Positions 34,857-48,900 of a stretch of 64,000 nucleotides of DNA are shown here, piece after piece. Position 1 is the stretch's first letter. Each line of letters opens with the position of its first letter. Source of the stretch: Blastocladiella emersonii ATCC 22665 (Eukaryota; Fungi; Blastocladiomycota); contig JANHCV010000001.1 of NCBI GenBank assembly GCA_025594325.1, positions 4,898,001 through 4,962,000 of the forward strand, written 5' to 3'. A model generated the notes under the pieces. It was not told the origin of the DNA, searched no databases, and was given only the letters and a program-made list of their open reading frames with translations. Both the position numbers and the translations under genes were made by a program.

Positions 34857-35750
34857 CTAGGCGTGGCGCAGCTGGGCGAGCGAGGACACGACAAAGTCGG
34901 GCTTGACCGTGTTGTTGGGGTGCACGAGCTTGTCGTGCTTGGTGACGCCAGACATGACGAGCAGGGTCTTGGTGCCGCCGTTGATCCCAAACTGGATGTC
35001 CGTGTCGAGGCGGTCGCCGATCATGCAGGTGCGGGCGCGGTCGAGGTGGTGGGTGGCGAGGATCACCTCGAGCATGGTCGCGTGCGGCTTGCCGAGCACC
35101 GTCGGCTCGCGGCCCGTGGACGCGACGAGCGGCTTGAACAGCGACCCCGACCCGGGGAAGGTGCGCCCCGCGACCGGGTACGTCACGTCGGCGTTGGTCG
35201 ACAGGAACAGCACGTTCGGGTCCTGCAGGTACGTGTGGGCCTTGGCGAGCTTGACGTAGCTGATGTGGCCGTCGAAGCCGGTCAGGACGGCGCCGATCTC
35301 CGGGTCCGGCACGATGTGGGCAAGGTCCGGAATCCCCGAGAACTTGAGGTCCTTGTCGTCGAGGCCGCCGCACGTTTTGAACCCCTGGGCGCGCAGCTCG
35401 TCCTCCATGCCGTCCTGGCCCAGCATGTAGATCTTCTTGTCCTTGGGGAAGCCCGTATTGGTCAGGTAGCACGCGGCCGCGTACGCCGACCCGAAGATCT
35501 CCTCCTCGCAGCTGCCGTGCAGGCCGAGCTGCGCAAACTTCTTGACGTAGGCGGCGCGCGACTTGGACGAGTTGTTGGTCACGAACAGGAGGCGCTTGCC
35601 CAGCGCGCGCAGGCGCGCCAAGGCTTCGTCGACGCCCGGGATCAGCGTGTCGCCCTGCCACAGCACGCCGTCCATGTCGAGCAGGAACGTGTCGAACTGC
35701 GCGACGAAGGCCTGGATGGCGGCGGCGTCCGCGTCGGCGAGGAACTGCAT
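34857..35750 (-). CDS. PHO13: HAD-IIA phosphatase, 4-nitrophenylphosphatase/phosphoglycolate phosphatase Pho13-like (~297 aa)
   Basis: Single exon. FLLDMDGVLW, FVTNNSSKSR, LGKPH, MIGDRLDTDIQFG, LLVMSGVT. Confidence 0.93.
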   Translation of the reverse strand: MQFLADADAAAIQAFVAQFDTFLLDMDGVLWQGDTLIPGVDEALARLRALGKRLLFVTNNSSKSRAAYVKKFAQLGLHGSCEEEIFGSAYAAACYLTNTGFPKDKKIYMLGQDGMEDELRAQGFKTCGGLDDKDLKFSGIPDLAHIVPDPEIGAVLTGFDGHISYVKLAKAHTYLQDPNVLFLSTNADVTYPVAGRTFPGSGSLFKPLVASTGREPTVLGKPHATMLEVILATHHLDRARTCMIGDRLDTDIQFGINGGTKTLLVMSGVTKHDKLVHPNNTVKPDFVVSSLAQLRHA

Positions 35751-36097
35751 GGTGTGCATGGTAGCGTGGGATGATGCGTGAGTGCGGGTTGAGAGGGGAG
35801 AGAGAGGGAGGGAGAGAGCGGATGACCAAGCCGGCAGGGACCGCATCGACCGACTGATGGGCCAGCGATCGGCCGACGCCACACGCGTGCGCGCGGCGCG
35901 CCGGGGGAGACATCACGTGGCGCTGTTGACCGTGCCGCGGCCGATCCTTTTTGCGTCTCCTTCTCCGCGTTTGCTTCGCTCTTTGATCCGCCATCCCCCC
36001 TCAGTGCGCACTTCGTGCCACCCCATGCAACGCGCCCGCGCTCGTCCGGGCCTCCTCTCTGTCGCGCCTCGTCGTCGCTGATCCGCCGCTGCCCGCC

Positions 36098-37594
36098 ATG
36101 CTCCGGCTCGCCCGCCTCCGCTGCCGGCCCTCCGCGGCCCCGCTCGCGCAGGGTGCCGCCGCGCGCGCCTACTCCAATGACTTTTGGGCCGGCCTTGAGA
36201 ACCCCGGCTTTGCGAAGCCGCGGAACAACAACAATGGCGGTGGTGGTGCGGGGAACGGTGGACCGCGCCGCTTCACGCCCCGGAACAACAACTACAACGA
36301 TACCCGCGATCCCGCCGACCGGCTGCTGCAGGGCGACCCCGCGCGCGGCCCGCGGCCCAGCGGGTGGAACCGCCCGCCCGCGGCTGGCGCCGGCGACCGC
36401 TACAACTCGATGATGCAGCGCGCCGACCAGCTCGGCCGCGAGACCCGTCCGCCACCCCCGCAGGGTGGGTTTGCGCCACGCCAGGGTCAGTACCAGCAGG
36501 GTCAGTACCAGCAGGGCCAGCGTCCGCCATTCCAGCCGCGCGAGAACGGGCAGTGGAACAATAACAGTAACTGGGACCGCGCGCCGCGCCAAAACCAGTA
36601 CTCGCAGCCGCGGTCGCAGGTCGCGGCGCACCTCGCGCGCCCGCCACCGATGCCGACCACCACGCCCGCCGCTGCCGCCGAGGTGGTGCCACCAACACCC
36701 GGATCCGCAGCACCCGCTGCAGCAGGAGCGCCAGCAGCTGCCGACGACCTCGACCTCCTGCTCGACGCCGCCATCGACGTGGACCCGGCCGTCGACGACG
36801 CGCCGAGCGGGTTCCAGAAGCCCTCGCGCGCCGGCCGCAACCACAACCACCCGCACGAGACCTTCCACCACCAGCGCGCCGTCGACAAGAAGCACGTCGA
36901 CAAGGCCGCCGCCGACGCCGCGAAAGCCGCCGCCGATGCCGCCGAGGAGGCCGAGCGCAAGCGCAACGCGCACCGCGGCGAGTTCAAGGACAAGCTCAGC
37001 CAGTTCCGCAAGGCCGGCCCCGAGCTCGACACCCCGTCCGCCCGCGCCTTCAAGAAGCGCGCGCGCACCCTCGCCCGCGCCCCGCCCAAGGAGGTTTTGC
37101 TTCCTGAAGCTATCAGCATCGCCAACCTCGCCCAGCTCCTCGCCGTCGGCGTGCCCCAACTCCAGCGCCAGGCACAGCAGCTGCTCGACCTCGACTTCGC
37201 CATCACCCCCGACTACGTGCTCAACGCCGAGATCGCGACCCTCGTCGCCGCCGAAGTCGCGCCGCGCGTCACCCTGAAGTCGGCGGCGGGCACCCTCGAC
37301 CGCGACATTCTCCCGCCGAAACCTGCGCTGTCCCCCGAAGAGTACGCGGCGCTCCCGCTCCGCGCGCCCGTCGTCACCATCATGGGCCACGTCGACCACG
37401 GCAAGACCACTTTGCTCGACTCGCTGCGCAAGACGTCTGTCGCGGCGTCCGAGGCGGGCGGGATCACCCAGCACATTGGCGCGTTCGAGGTGGTCCTGCC
37501 CGGCGGCAAGATCACCTTCCTCGACACCCCCGGGCACGCGGCGTTCGAGACGATGCGCGCGCGCGGCGCCAACGTCACGGATATCGTCGTGCTC

Positions 37595-37629
<35 letters not shown>

Positions 37630-39025
37630 GCGCGAGGCCATCAAGCACGCGCAGGCCGCCGGCGTCCCCGTCATCGTCGCCGTCAACAAGTGCGACAAGC
37701 CCGGCGTCGTCACCGACAAGATCAAGACCCAGCTGCTCGACTACAACATCCACGTCGAGGACCTCGGCGGCGACACCATGTGCGTCGAGGTCTCGGCGCT
37801 CAAGGGCACCGGCCTCGATACCCTCGAGGAGTCGATCCTCACCCTCGCCGAGCTCCAGGAACTGCGCGCCGACCCGACGTGCCTCGCCGAGGGCGTCACC
37901 ATCGAGTCGCAGGTCAAGAAGGGCAAGGGTAACACGGCCACCGTCCTCATCAAGGACGGCACCCTGCGCGTCGGCGATATCCTCGTGGCGGGCACCGCGT
38001 GGTGCAAGGTCAAGTCCATGTGTAACGACCTGGGGGTGCCCGTCAAGGAGGCCCCGCCGTCGGCCCCCGTCGAGGTGCTCGGGTGGAAGGAGCTCCCCGC
38101 CGCCGGCGAGCGCGTCGTCCAGGTGCCCTCGGAAGACGCGGCCAAGCGCGCCGTCGACGCGCGCGCCCGTGCCCTCGACCGCGCCAAGGGGCTCGACGCC
38201 ATCGAGTCCATCAACCAGTCCCGCGCCGCCGCCGCGAGTGCCGCGGCCGCCACGGCGGCGGCGTCCCGCGGCAACCGCAACAACAAGCGCAACACGTGGC
38301 TCAACCAGGCGTCCGCGGCCGACGCGGCGGCCGACGACGGCACGCCCGCCATCATCCCCGTGTCCGTGATCATCAAGGGCGACGTGTCCGGGTCCGTCGA
38401 GGCCGTCGTCGACGCGGTCGCCAAGGTGCAGCACCCGGAGCTCCGCGTCAACGTGGTCGCGAGCGGCGTTGGCGCCGTCACCGAGTCCGACGTCGAGCGC
38501 GCGTACGCGGCCATGGGCGTCGCCGGCGCCAACGGCGCGGCGGCAACGACGAGTTCCGGGCTCGTCCTCGGGTTCAACGTCCGCCCCGACCGCAAGGCCG
38601 CCGCGCTCGCCAAACGCCACGGCGTGCCCGTCCTCGCCAACAACGTCATCTACCGGCTCATGGACAGCATGCGCGAGCACCTCGCGGGGCTCCTGCCGCC
38701 GTCCATCGTCGTCGACGAGGTCGGCGAGGCCACGGTCGCCCAGGTGTTCGAGATCAACGCCAAGGGCGGCGTCGTCGAGCGCGTCGCCGGGTGCAAGGTC
38801 GGGTCCGGCACCCTGTCGCGCGCGGGCCAGGTCAAGATCGTCCGCGGCGGAAAGGAGGTGTGGACCGGCACGCTCAAGCTCATCAAGCACTTCAAGCGCG
38901 AGGTGCACGAGATCAGCAAGGGCAACGAGTGCGGGCTCGCGTTTGACGGGTTCGAGGACTTCCAGGAGGGCGACGTTGTGGTGGCCCTGCGCAAGACCGA
39001 GGTCAAGCGGACGCTCGATTCGTAG
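36098..39025 (+). CDS. IFM1: Mitochondrial translation initiation factor IF-2 (975 aa)
   Basis: Single exon with an Arg-rich presequence-like N-terminus. [57 protein letters not shown]. Confidence 0.95.
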
Positions 39026-39389
39026 TTTATTTACTAGTCTTACTTATACACGTAGTAGTTCATTTTGTATGACGTGCTGCGCCACACCGCGGGTCTGCCG
39101 CACGAGTGACATCACATACGGGACCCCGCAGCCACCGTCACCGCCGTAGTCGGCTGCCGTCCGACCCTTCCAACTCGCTGCCCTCCCCCCTCTTTCTCTC
39201 TCGCCGAGGAGATCGCTCATTGCAATACGCCTGCCGCCAGCGGATCGCCGTAACCGTCGCCCACCCGCCCGCACCGCACTCGATACCCGCTGGGAGACGC
39301 CGGATCACGCCCTTCACCCTCGCCTCGCCCGTCCGACTCGTACCCGCCGCCGTCCCTCGTCCTTCCCCGATCGGAACACCGGATCAGCC

Positions 39390-39890
39390 ATGCCACCAAC
39401 AACGCTCGCACCACCACCAGTCCCGCCGCGCACCCCGTCCCCGTCGTCGTGGCTCGCCGGCCTGCCCGCCATGTACGCCATGGAGACGACGGCAGCCTCG
39501 CCCCCGCGCCCGGCCCTCGCCTCCGCGGCCGCCCCGACGCTGCTACGCCCCGTCCCGGGCTACAAGCGGCCACCAAACCCATCTTGTCGGCGGATCGAGT
39601 TCAACGACGACGTGTTCGAGGCGGCGCTCGTCCAGACCCTCGCGCCCGCGTTCGCCGCGACGGCGCGCGCCGCGGCCACGGCGATCCCCACAGCCAACCC
39701 GGCGCACGCCGTCGCCGTGCAGCGGATCGCGCTCGTCCACCGCCACCTGCAGCGGTACCCGAGCGCGGCCGCGGTCGGGCCCGTGGGGTATAGTCGGCAT
39801 GGCCCGGGGATCGTGGACCCGGTCATGGTCACGGCTGGGGTCGCGGCCATGCGGCCAAAGGTACCACAGCCGCCGATGCCGGCATGGTGA
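39390..39890 (+). CDS. Small hypothetical protein (166 aa)
   Basis: ATG-initiated ORF with G/C third-position bias, convergent with TRA1. No family recognised. Confidence 0.45.
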   Translation: MPPTTLAPPPVPPRTPSPSSWLAGLPAMYAMETTAASPPRPALASAAAPTLLRPVPGYKRPPNPSCRRIEFNDDVFEAALVQTLAPAFAATARAAATAIPTANPAHAVAVQRIALVHRHLQRYPSAAAVGPVGYSRHGPGIVDPVMVTAGVAAMRPKVPQPPMPAW

Positions 39891-39970
39891 GACTGAGAAC
39901 AAGAAGAAGAGAGGAGAATGGGAAGTGGGATCAAAGTACTTGCTTAAATATAACAGAACAAAGTGTGAAT

Positions 39971-42900
39971 CTACAGGAACGGCATCCACGCCACGCTCAT
40001 CTCGGCGAGGCTCTGCGGGTTGGTCGCGCGGGCCACGAGCTCGAGGAGGTGCCGGTTGACGGGCTCGACCTTGTCGGGGCTGCCCGGCCCCGCGCAGTCC
40101 TCGACGAGCTTCTGCATGCGGCCCACAATGTCGGTGCAGTTCTCGAGCACCTTGGCGCGCAGCGCCGCGGGCGTCGGGAACGGCTGCTGCACGCGGTTCG
40201 CCCAGTACAGGAGCTCGTCGCGCACCACGACCCGCAGGAAATCCTCGACCTGCGTCAGGTTGTTGCCGTCGAGGCACAGCGCCTTGGCGATGGCCAGCAT
40301 GCACGCCGAGAAGGGCCCGTCGAGCCCGTGCGGCGTCATGAAGTGCTGCAGGACCGGCGTCAGCCGGAACGGCACACTCTCGTAGTGGCAGAACTTGTGC
40401 TCGATGACCGACGGCAGCGCCTCGCTCATCCAGATGTTGCCCGTCGTCGTCGACAGGTGCAGCGACTGCGGGTACCGCAGCGCGATGGCCATGGTGAACG
40501 ACAGGAAGCACGTGGCCGCCATCTGCGCCGTGAACTGCTTGCGTAGCATCCACAGGTCCGTGAAGTGCGTCACCTGGTCCAGCGCGAACCGCTCCAGCAG
40601 GTCGACGGGCGCGAACATGCGCCGGATCTCGTCGAGCAGCGCGATCCGCGTCGGCACATCCGCCGACGCGCGCTCGTGCAGCTGCGTCACGTAGTACATG
40701 ATGGCGTGGTCGCGCGGCAGGCCCATGCGCTTGCAGTGCGCGGCCCACACCTGCTCGAGCGAGAAGGAGCTCGGCTCGTGCGAGATCATGCGCACGTTGG
40801 GCGCGAGCGGCACGATCACGGGGAAGTGGAACTGCAGGTCGCGCTTGCGCGACTCCTTGGCCGTGTCGAGGATCGTGTTGAAGTACCCGAACAGCTGCAC
40901 CACGCGCTCCTCGCGCCGGTACATGGACGGCGCGGGTTGTTGCACGAGGAACGCGTGCGTCGACCCGTCGTGCCCGACGATCCGGATCCGACGGTGTGAG
41001 TTGCCGTCCATGCGCACCCGCTCGATCTCGGGCCGGAACCGCGTGATCCGCACAAACGTCTGCGGGGAATCGACCAGCTTGAGGTACTGGCCCGGGATCT
41101 CGACCTCGTCGAACCGCTGGTGCTCGAACTCGATCAGGTAGTGCGACAGGTGCTCGGGCCCGCGGTACTGGTCCAGCTCGTGCTGCAGCCCGTCGCGCCA
41201 GATCCGGAACCGGTCAATGATCACCATCAGGTCGGGCTCGCCGTCAATGAAGTCGCGCTTGAACTTTTCCAGGTACTGCTTGAGCGACTCGGAGTGCGAA
41301 AAGTGCTCGAGCAGCTTGGTCAGCGACTTGGTCGGGAGCGACGACGACGATGACGATGGGGTTGCCGCGGCGGCGGCGTCCGTGTCGTTGGTCGTGGCGG
41401 GAGCGATGCCATTGCCGAGCGCGGGCGACGGCGCGCCGCCGTGCGAAGCCGCAGCAGCGGCAGCAGCAGCCGACGCGGCGGCCGCGGACGCCGCCGACTT
41501 GGCGATCGCCGTGGAGCACACGTGCTCGACCATCTCGTTGAGGCACACGACGACGAGGCGGTACATCTCCTCCTGCGGCAGCGGCTTGAGCCGCGTGATG
41601 AGCTGGTCGACCATGGTCTCCATGGACAGCGCGAGGAGCGGCGACCCGGTCTTGAGCGCGGCCATGATCTCGTTGACGGCCTCGTGGTGCACCTCCTCCT
41701 TGAGCGTGCGCAGCAAAAAGTGGAGCGACTGCGGGTACATCTTGGCGATGCGCACCAGAATGTACTTGGCGTGGCGCGACTGGAGCGGGTCGGCGAGCAT
41801 GTTGAGCAGCTGCGGGATGAACGTGAGCCAGTACCAGATGGCGAGGTCGTTCTTGTGCGACTCGAGCACCTCCGTGAGCTGGTTGTCGGCCATGTCCTGG
41901 TTCGCGAGCAGCCACAGCGCGCGCGCCACGTAGCGCCGCGCCTTGCCGTTCTTGACCAGCCCGATCGTGTGCAGGAAGCAGTTGAGCGCGTGTTTCCCGT
42001 TCCGGTTCGGGTCCGCTGGGTTGTTGGCCTGCGCGAGCAGCATCTCCTGGTGCTCGCCCCACACGGCCCACGGCTTGGCGAGGTTGTGCTCGGTCGTGAC
42101 GGCGGTGGCGAACGCCTGGTGCGCCTCGTTGATGTGGCCGAGCAGCGACAGGAACCGGCCCTTGAGCGAGTAGAACTCGGCCTTCTGCTGGTTGTTGAAG
42201 TAGACGAGGTTCGTGTTGTTGATCACGTCGAGCCCCGTCTTGTACTCGGCCGGGTTCGACAGGTAGCACTTGGCCTGCTCGCGCAGCTTGAGGAACGCCT
42301 CCTGGATCTCGATGTTGGGCAGCGTGTAGATCTTGGGCAGGTACTGGATGCACACGGACGCGAGCCCGTGCAGCCGCGCCACGTGCGCGAACCGGTTGAT
42401 GATCCACGCCGTCTCGTGGTACCCGCGGTACGCCGACGCGTTGGGCGCCGTGGCCGGTATCGTGGTCAGGATCGGGTAGTAGGCCTTGTTGATGGCGCCG
42501 AAAATGTGCTGCCGCCACGCCACGAGGTCGCTCCACACGTCAATGTCGTCCCACACGTTGGGCAGCCGCTCGCGCCACGTCGCGAGCATCGACTTCTGCT
42601 CGTTGGCCTTGGCCTCGTAGTTGCCCGGGCCCGTCTGGCTCAGCGACGTGTAGATCTGCAGCGCCTCGCCGAGCTCGACAAACTGCTGGAACGTGCCGAA
42701 CAGCGGGATGTGGCAGTCGCTGACGGCGTGCGGGAGCTGGTGCCACGTCCGCAGCGCCATCTGCACGCCCTCGTCGCAGATGGCCTGGAACTCCTGCACG
42801 CGCGCCTTGTCGCCGAGCTCCTTGCGCTCCGCGAGCTTGTTGAGTGCGACGAAGGCCTGGAACACCTTGGACCGCGGCGACTGGTTGATGCGCTGGAGCA

Positions 42901-45900
42901 TGGCCTCGGTCTCGCCCTTTTCTTTCCCGTTACCGGTCCAGTCGCCGAGCCGCCAGATGGCCTCGAGCGTCACCTCGCAGTTGTCCTCGTGCTTGCCCAC
43001 GTCCTCGAGCACGTCCCACTGCTGGAGCTTCTGGCAGCACCGGACCCACTGCTCCTCCCACAGCGAGTACTCGGACTCGGAGAAGCCGAGCGTGCCCGTG
43101 CGGCCCTTGGACTGCGCCTGCTCGTACATTTGCTGCGCGCGCTCCCACAGGCCGACCTGCTGGAACGACAGCGCCGCGTTGGTCTCGGGGTACTGGCACC
43201 GCCGCCGCCACAGGCCCGTGTACATGTCCGTCTCGTTGAGCTCGAGCATCAGCTCGGCGAGCCCGTCGAGCGTGCTCTCGCGCAGCCGGTCCTCGTCCTT
43301 GGTCCCGCCGAGCGTCGACTGCGCGACGCTGAGGAACTCGGCCGCCGCGTGCCACGCGTTGAACGTCTTGCCGAGGTACTTGATGACGTGCGGCGCGAGT
43401 TTCGGGAGCGGGCGGCACCGCACGATGCCCTCGAGGATCGTCGAGATCACGTTCGGGACCAGCGACGTCTGGTGGTGGTGGTAGTCGCGCGTCAGCAGCG
43501 TCATCATGAGCCGCGACAGGTCGTGCCGCTCCTTGGGCGACAGCACGCCCCACGCCGTCGTGAACAGCTTGATCCACAGCGCGTGCGCGATCTCGGGCTT
43601 GTCGTGGTGCAGCAGCCCAATCACGTCGTGCACGGGTTTCGGCATCTCGATGGACCCGAGCAGCACGTCGAGCGCCTGGTGGATGTAGTAGGTCGGCGCG
43701 AGCGGCTCCCAGTTCTGCATGCCGAAAATGTACTCGAGCCGCGTCACCACGTCGCCCGAGAGCGACGCGTTGAGGATGTCGAGGAACAGCTTGCGCGTCG
43801 ACGGCGACTCGGCGCGGAGCCCGAGGAGGAACGCCTGCTCGAGCCGCAAACTCAGGTCACCCTTCTGCGCGAGGATAGCGGCGACGAGGCGCAGGTACTC
43901 GTCCATGAGGTCGGTGCCGCCGTCCTTGTCCTTGCGCTCAAACGCCATCATCTTGACGAGGATGCCCGATTTCTCCTTGAGCGACGGGTACACGGCGTCG
44001 GTCGCGACCCAGTCGCGGCACACGCCGAGGATGTAGCGGCACACGGCAATGTCGGGCGACGACTCGATGAGCAGGACGAGGCTGCTGAGCATGGACCGGC
44101 GCTGGTCGACGGCGAGCAGGTGCATCTTGCCGTTGAGCAGGCCGATGCACTGGCACAGGCACTCGGACGTGTTGTCGGCGAGCGGCGAGTCCTTTTTCGC
44201 GAGGTTGGCCTGCGTCACGAGGTGCAGGCACTTGACGAGCGGGCCGAGGAACGAGTCGACGGCGGCCGCGTCGCGCTGCGCGAGCGTGTGGAGGAGCGAG
44301 ACCGCGAGCGGGAGCCGCGCGATGGCGGGCGCCGCGAGTTCGGGCACGGCGAACAGCGACAGGATGTGCGCCGTCAGGTCCTGCAGGATGGCGGCATCGA
44401 GCGGGTCGAGCTTGAACATCTGGCCAAAGTAGGTGCGCAGCGGGCGCAGGAACACGCCGGCCTCGTCGGACTTGAGCACGCGCTTGATGAGCCGGTACGA
44501 CTCGGACGCGTGCTGCGGCCGCCGCGCAAACTCGAGGTCGAGCGCGAGCAAGTCGATGGCCCGCTCCAGCAGCGCGTAGTTATCGGGGTGCAGCGGCGAC
44601 TGCAGCAGCGGCTTCTCGAGCAGCGTGTGCTTGAAGGTCGAGTCGGTCCAGATCTCGAGCAGCTCGCGCAAAAACTTCATGGCGCGCATGCCCTGGCTCT
44701 GCGGCGGCGAGGACGCGGCCGCGCCGCTGGCGCCGTTCTTGCCCTTGGACCCGTTGTCCGCAGTCGACGCGGTGCGGGACGCGCTGCTGCCGGCGGCCTG
44801 CGGCGCGAGGTCGAGCAGGCACGCGAGGCGGCCGAGGCAGGTGATGACCTGCTCCTTGAGCGAAGGCGGCGGCGCGTTGACCGACGAAAACGAGGGCGCG
44901 GCGGGTGCCGCGGGCGCGGTCGACGAAGACATGGACGCGGTGCGCTTACGCGGCGTGCGGTGGCTCTCGCCGACGGCGGGCGCGTCGTCCTGTTCGTCGT
45001 CGCCATCCACGTCCATTTCGTCGGCCGAGCGCTTGCGCGGGGTCGAGAACGACGCGATGCGGCGCTTCTCCCAGTGGAGCAGGACCTCGACGAGGTCGAC
45101 GGCGAGCAGCCGCGTCTCGTTGTTGCTGCTGTTGGCGATGTGGAGGCGCGGCAGCGCGACCTGGAGCTGCAGGTACAGGCCCTCGCGGACGGGATAGAAC
45201 ACGTCCTCGTGGTTGACGAGGATCTGGCACACGTGCACGGCCTGGTGGATCGAGCCCTCCTCGAACACGGACTTTTTCATGTGCCGCAGCACGCTGCGCA
45301 CGAAATCGGCGCCGAGCCGCACGGGGAGGACCGGGACGAGAATGTCGAGCGCCTGGCGGACGAGCGCGCGCGACTCCTGCTGGTGCGCCTTGACGAGCGA
45401 CCCGAACACCTGGTACGCGACGCGCGACGGCAAGTCGTAGGCAGCGAGCAGCGCGGACACGAGGACGTGTGCCGCGTGCTTGAGGCTCAGCTCGTGCGAC
45501 TTGATGAAGGTCCACGCCGCGCGCAGCAGGTCCTGGTGCACGCCGACGACCTGGGTGGGTATGTACTGGACGAGGCACGTCTGCAGCTGGAGCACCTCGA
45601 GGATGAGCTCGTCGGTCATGGGGCTGTGCGAGGCCTGCGCGACCTGCGCGAGCCGCTCGGGCGAGAGCGTGACGTCGCCGACCTTGTTGCGGTACCGGAT
45701 GAAGTGCAGCTGGCACGCGGGGAGCACCACGTGGCGGATCGCGAGCGCGCACTCGGGCGTGAGCGAGCCGAGCGTGCGGTCGAGCAGCGCGTCGACCTCG
45801 TCCCACGGCATCGCCATGGCGTGCTCGTGCAGCGCCTGCAGCGTGCGGACGCGGAGGTACGACGTCGGGTTCGCGTACAGCCACTCGACGAGCTTGAAGA

Positions 45901-48900
45901 TGACGTCGGCGCGGCGCGGCGCGGCCGAGACGCGGAGGAAGTGGAGGTAGATGTCGACGAGGTGCAGGTCGGTCGCGGCGAACGTGTGCGTGTCGGCGGC
46001 GGGGAGCGGCGGCAGGATCGCGAAATCCGCGTCCTCGAAGATGGTCAGGCCGAGCTGGCTGAGCGCGTAGAAGACCTCGCAGTGCGCCGTGGTGAGCGGC
46101 TGGCCGGGCACCGCAAACTTGGCGCGGTTCGCGACCACCTCGTTGCGCAGGCTGGCGGCCTCGTCGAGCGCGAGCACGCCAATGAACAGCTGCAGCGTGG
46201 GCGAGTCGGTGGGCGCGCGCTGGAAAAAGTAGTCGAGCGTGTCGGCGGGGTGCCGCGCGAGGTACTTGGCGAGTGGCTTGCGGAACGGCGACGAGCGGTT
46301 GCGGCGGAGGAGCATTTCGAGGCGCAGCACCTCGTCGACGACCTTGGGTAGGAACGTGTTGGCGGTGGCGGGGAGCTTCTGGTACACGGAGAGCAGCGCC
46401 GTCATGAGCTTGATGTCGGGCGAGTCGGCGAGCGACTGGCCGGCGCACATCTCGAGCCGCTCGGGCGTGGCGATCACCTTGAGGTGGTCGAGCAGCTTGA
46501 GCCCGATCTCGACCTTGAAGTAGTTGGTGAGCAGCTCGAGGAGGCGGCCGAGCCCCTCGAGGGCCTCGACCGAGAGTCGGGTCGGGTCGGCGAGCGTGCT
46601 GAGGATCGGCTTGAGCCCGTTCTGCAGGAGGTCCTTGGGCAGCTTCTGGCTGTGGCCGAGCACCTGCGACATGGCCTTGTAGGCGGCGTCGACGACGGCC
46701 TGCGACTTGTTGTAGAGCCCCTTGAAGAAGACGGAGATGATGCGGCTGCGCGTCGTGGTCTGCTTGGGCAGCTGGAACTCGTTGCACGCCATGGCCGCCG
46801 ACAGGAGCTGGATGCACACGATGCGCAGCTTGACGAGCGACGGGTTGCCCGTGGTCGACGACGTCTGGTCGGCGAGCGCCTGGTCCTCGGCGTCAGCGAG
46901 CGCGAGCGTCTCCGAGAGGAGGCGGAGCAGGTCGTTGTTGAACTCGAGCAGCGGCGGGCGCAGCGACAGGCAGTACGTGATGGCGTCCGTGTGGCCGATC
47001 TGCATGGCGAGCGGGAGCGACCGCAGCGGCTTGGAGAAGATGGGGTTGAGCAGGCGGTCGCGCGACGGCGACAGGAGCTCGGTCACGTCGTTGCCCGTGA
47101 GGTCGGCGAGGAGGCGGAGTGCGGCCTGGACCGTCTCGCGGACGAGCGCCGAGCTGCTGGCGAGCTCCGAGATGAGCAGCGAGATGAGCGACTGGAACCG
47201 CTGCTGCGACTCGGCGTCCGTGTCGGGGCGGTTGCAGATCTTGAGCAGCTGGTTGAGCGTGTCCTGGACGCGCGGCGCCTCCTGCGCCATGTCGGGCGAC
47301 TTGAGCAGGTACAGCAGCGCGCGGATGAAGTCGAGCTCGTGCTCGATGAGCCACTTGATCGGGATCGCGAGCCGCACGCACGTCGCGATGCCAAACAGCC
47401 CGCCGCCCTGCCCGTACCACCCGTCGCGGAAACAGCGCGAGCAGAACTTGAACGAGAGCAGGCGGAACGCCGCGGCCGCGCGGTCCGACGCCATGTCGGG
47501 CTTGAAGAACTCGATGATGGACGCGCGGCCGAGCTCGCGCAGCCCGTTGGTCTCGGACGTCATCACGTCGACGAGCGCGTCGAGGAAGTGGTCGACCTGC
47601 GTGCGCTCGCGGAACTGGCCGATGAGCGAGTTGAGGTACTCGCGCGCGCCCTCGACGTCGTAGTGCGCGGCCCGGATCGCGCCGCACAGGATCCGCTCGT
47701 CGACCTGCAGGTCGCTCTGGTCGATGACGTACTGCAGGAACTTGAAGACGTGCACGCGGGCCTCCGAGTCGGCCGTGGCCGCGGTGCCGGCGCTGGCGCC
47801 GTTCGAGTTACCGTTGCCGTTGCCTCCGTCGCTGCCGCCGCGCTGCTCGTCGAGCACGCTGAGACAATGGTGGACAAAGTCGGCGAGCTCGACGTCGGAC
47901 GCGACGTTGTTGAGGACGACGGGGACGCGGAGCTGGAGCCCGTCGAGGTGCTGGACGCCGGCGTGCGACCACTTGAGGCGGGACCGGTTCCGGCCGCCGA
48001 GCTTGCCGAGGATGCGCATGGTCGAGTGCGCGTGCTGCTGGTTGTAGGGGAGCGGGCGGAGGTGCCGCCACAGGGCGCGCATGAGGTCGTCGCTGACGGG
48101 GCCCATGACGGGGTCGAGGAACTCCTGCGTGAGGTTGTCGAGGCAGAGCTCGAGCGTGCGGAGGCCCTGCGAGACGAGGTCGGGCCCGAACTGGAGCGAC
48201 AGGACGAGCGGGCGCATGAGGTGCGCGAGGTACGGCAGCAGGACCGAGAGCCGCAGCGGGACCGTGAGGCACAGCTCGACGAGCATCTCGCGCAGCTGCG
48301 GCGTGTGCGCGGCCGCGAGCCGGTGGTTGAGGTCGATGAGCATGTTGGGGAGCAGCGGCAGCATCTCCTTGTACAGGTGCTCGAACCGGCCGCCGCCGAT
48401 GGACCGGAACAGCGCGCGGAGGAGGAGGAAGAAGTTCATGGGCTCCTGCGCCGTCGCGCTGAGCTTGATGCACTGCATGATCATGTTGGCGAGGTGCGGC
48501 TGCAGGACCACCTCGTTGAGCTCCGGGTAGTGCGTGACGGCCATGAAGACGAGCTTGAACAGGCGGATGAGGATGGTCGCGCGCAGGGCGTCGCCCGAGC
48601 CGAGGTCCGGGATGCGCTCGAGGAGGAATCCGAGCATGAGGCTGCACACGCGCTGCGTGATGTGCTCGATCCCCAGGAGGAACTGCGGGACGGCGAGCAG
48701 CGACGTGTCCTGGAGGATGCAGTCGAAGAGGTAGTCGAGCTGCGACGAGAACACCTCCTGGAACAGCGCCGGGTCGACGAGCACGAAGATGGCTGAGAGG
48801 TTGTCGAGGATCTCCTTCTCCTCCTTGGCGCTGGCGCCCATGCGCGTGAAGATCACGTCCTGCGTCGTCGCCGACATGTTGTTCTGCGGGATGTCCATCC

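Noticed and set aside
39971-41100. Missing kinase catalytic motifs in the TRA1 PIKK domain as a novelty
   Set aside because: Tra1/TRRAP is an established pseudokinase, so this is expected.
41441-46351. 1636-aa plus-strand ORF (also 46484-48796, 35642-38908, 57164-59248, 3172-5742, 22821-24758)
   Set aside because: These are antisense shadows of real genes (TRA1, IF-2, TRM4, URB2, transposase). High GC3 codon bias suppresses stops on the opposite strand, and the translations have no recognisable motifs.
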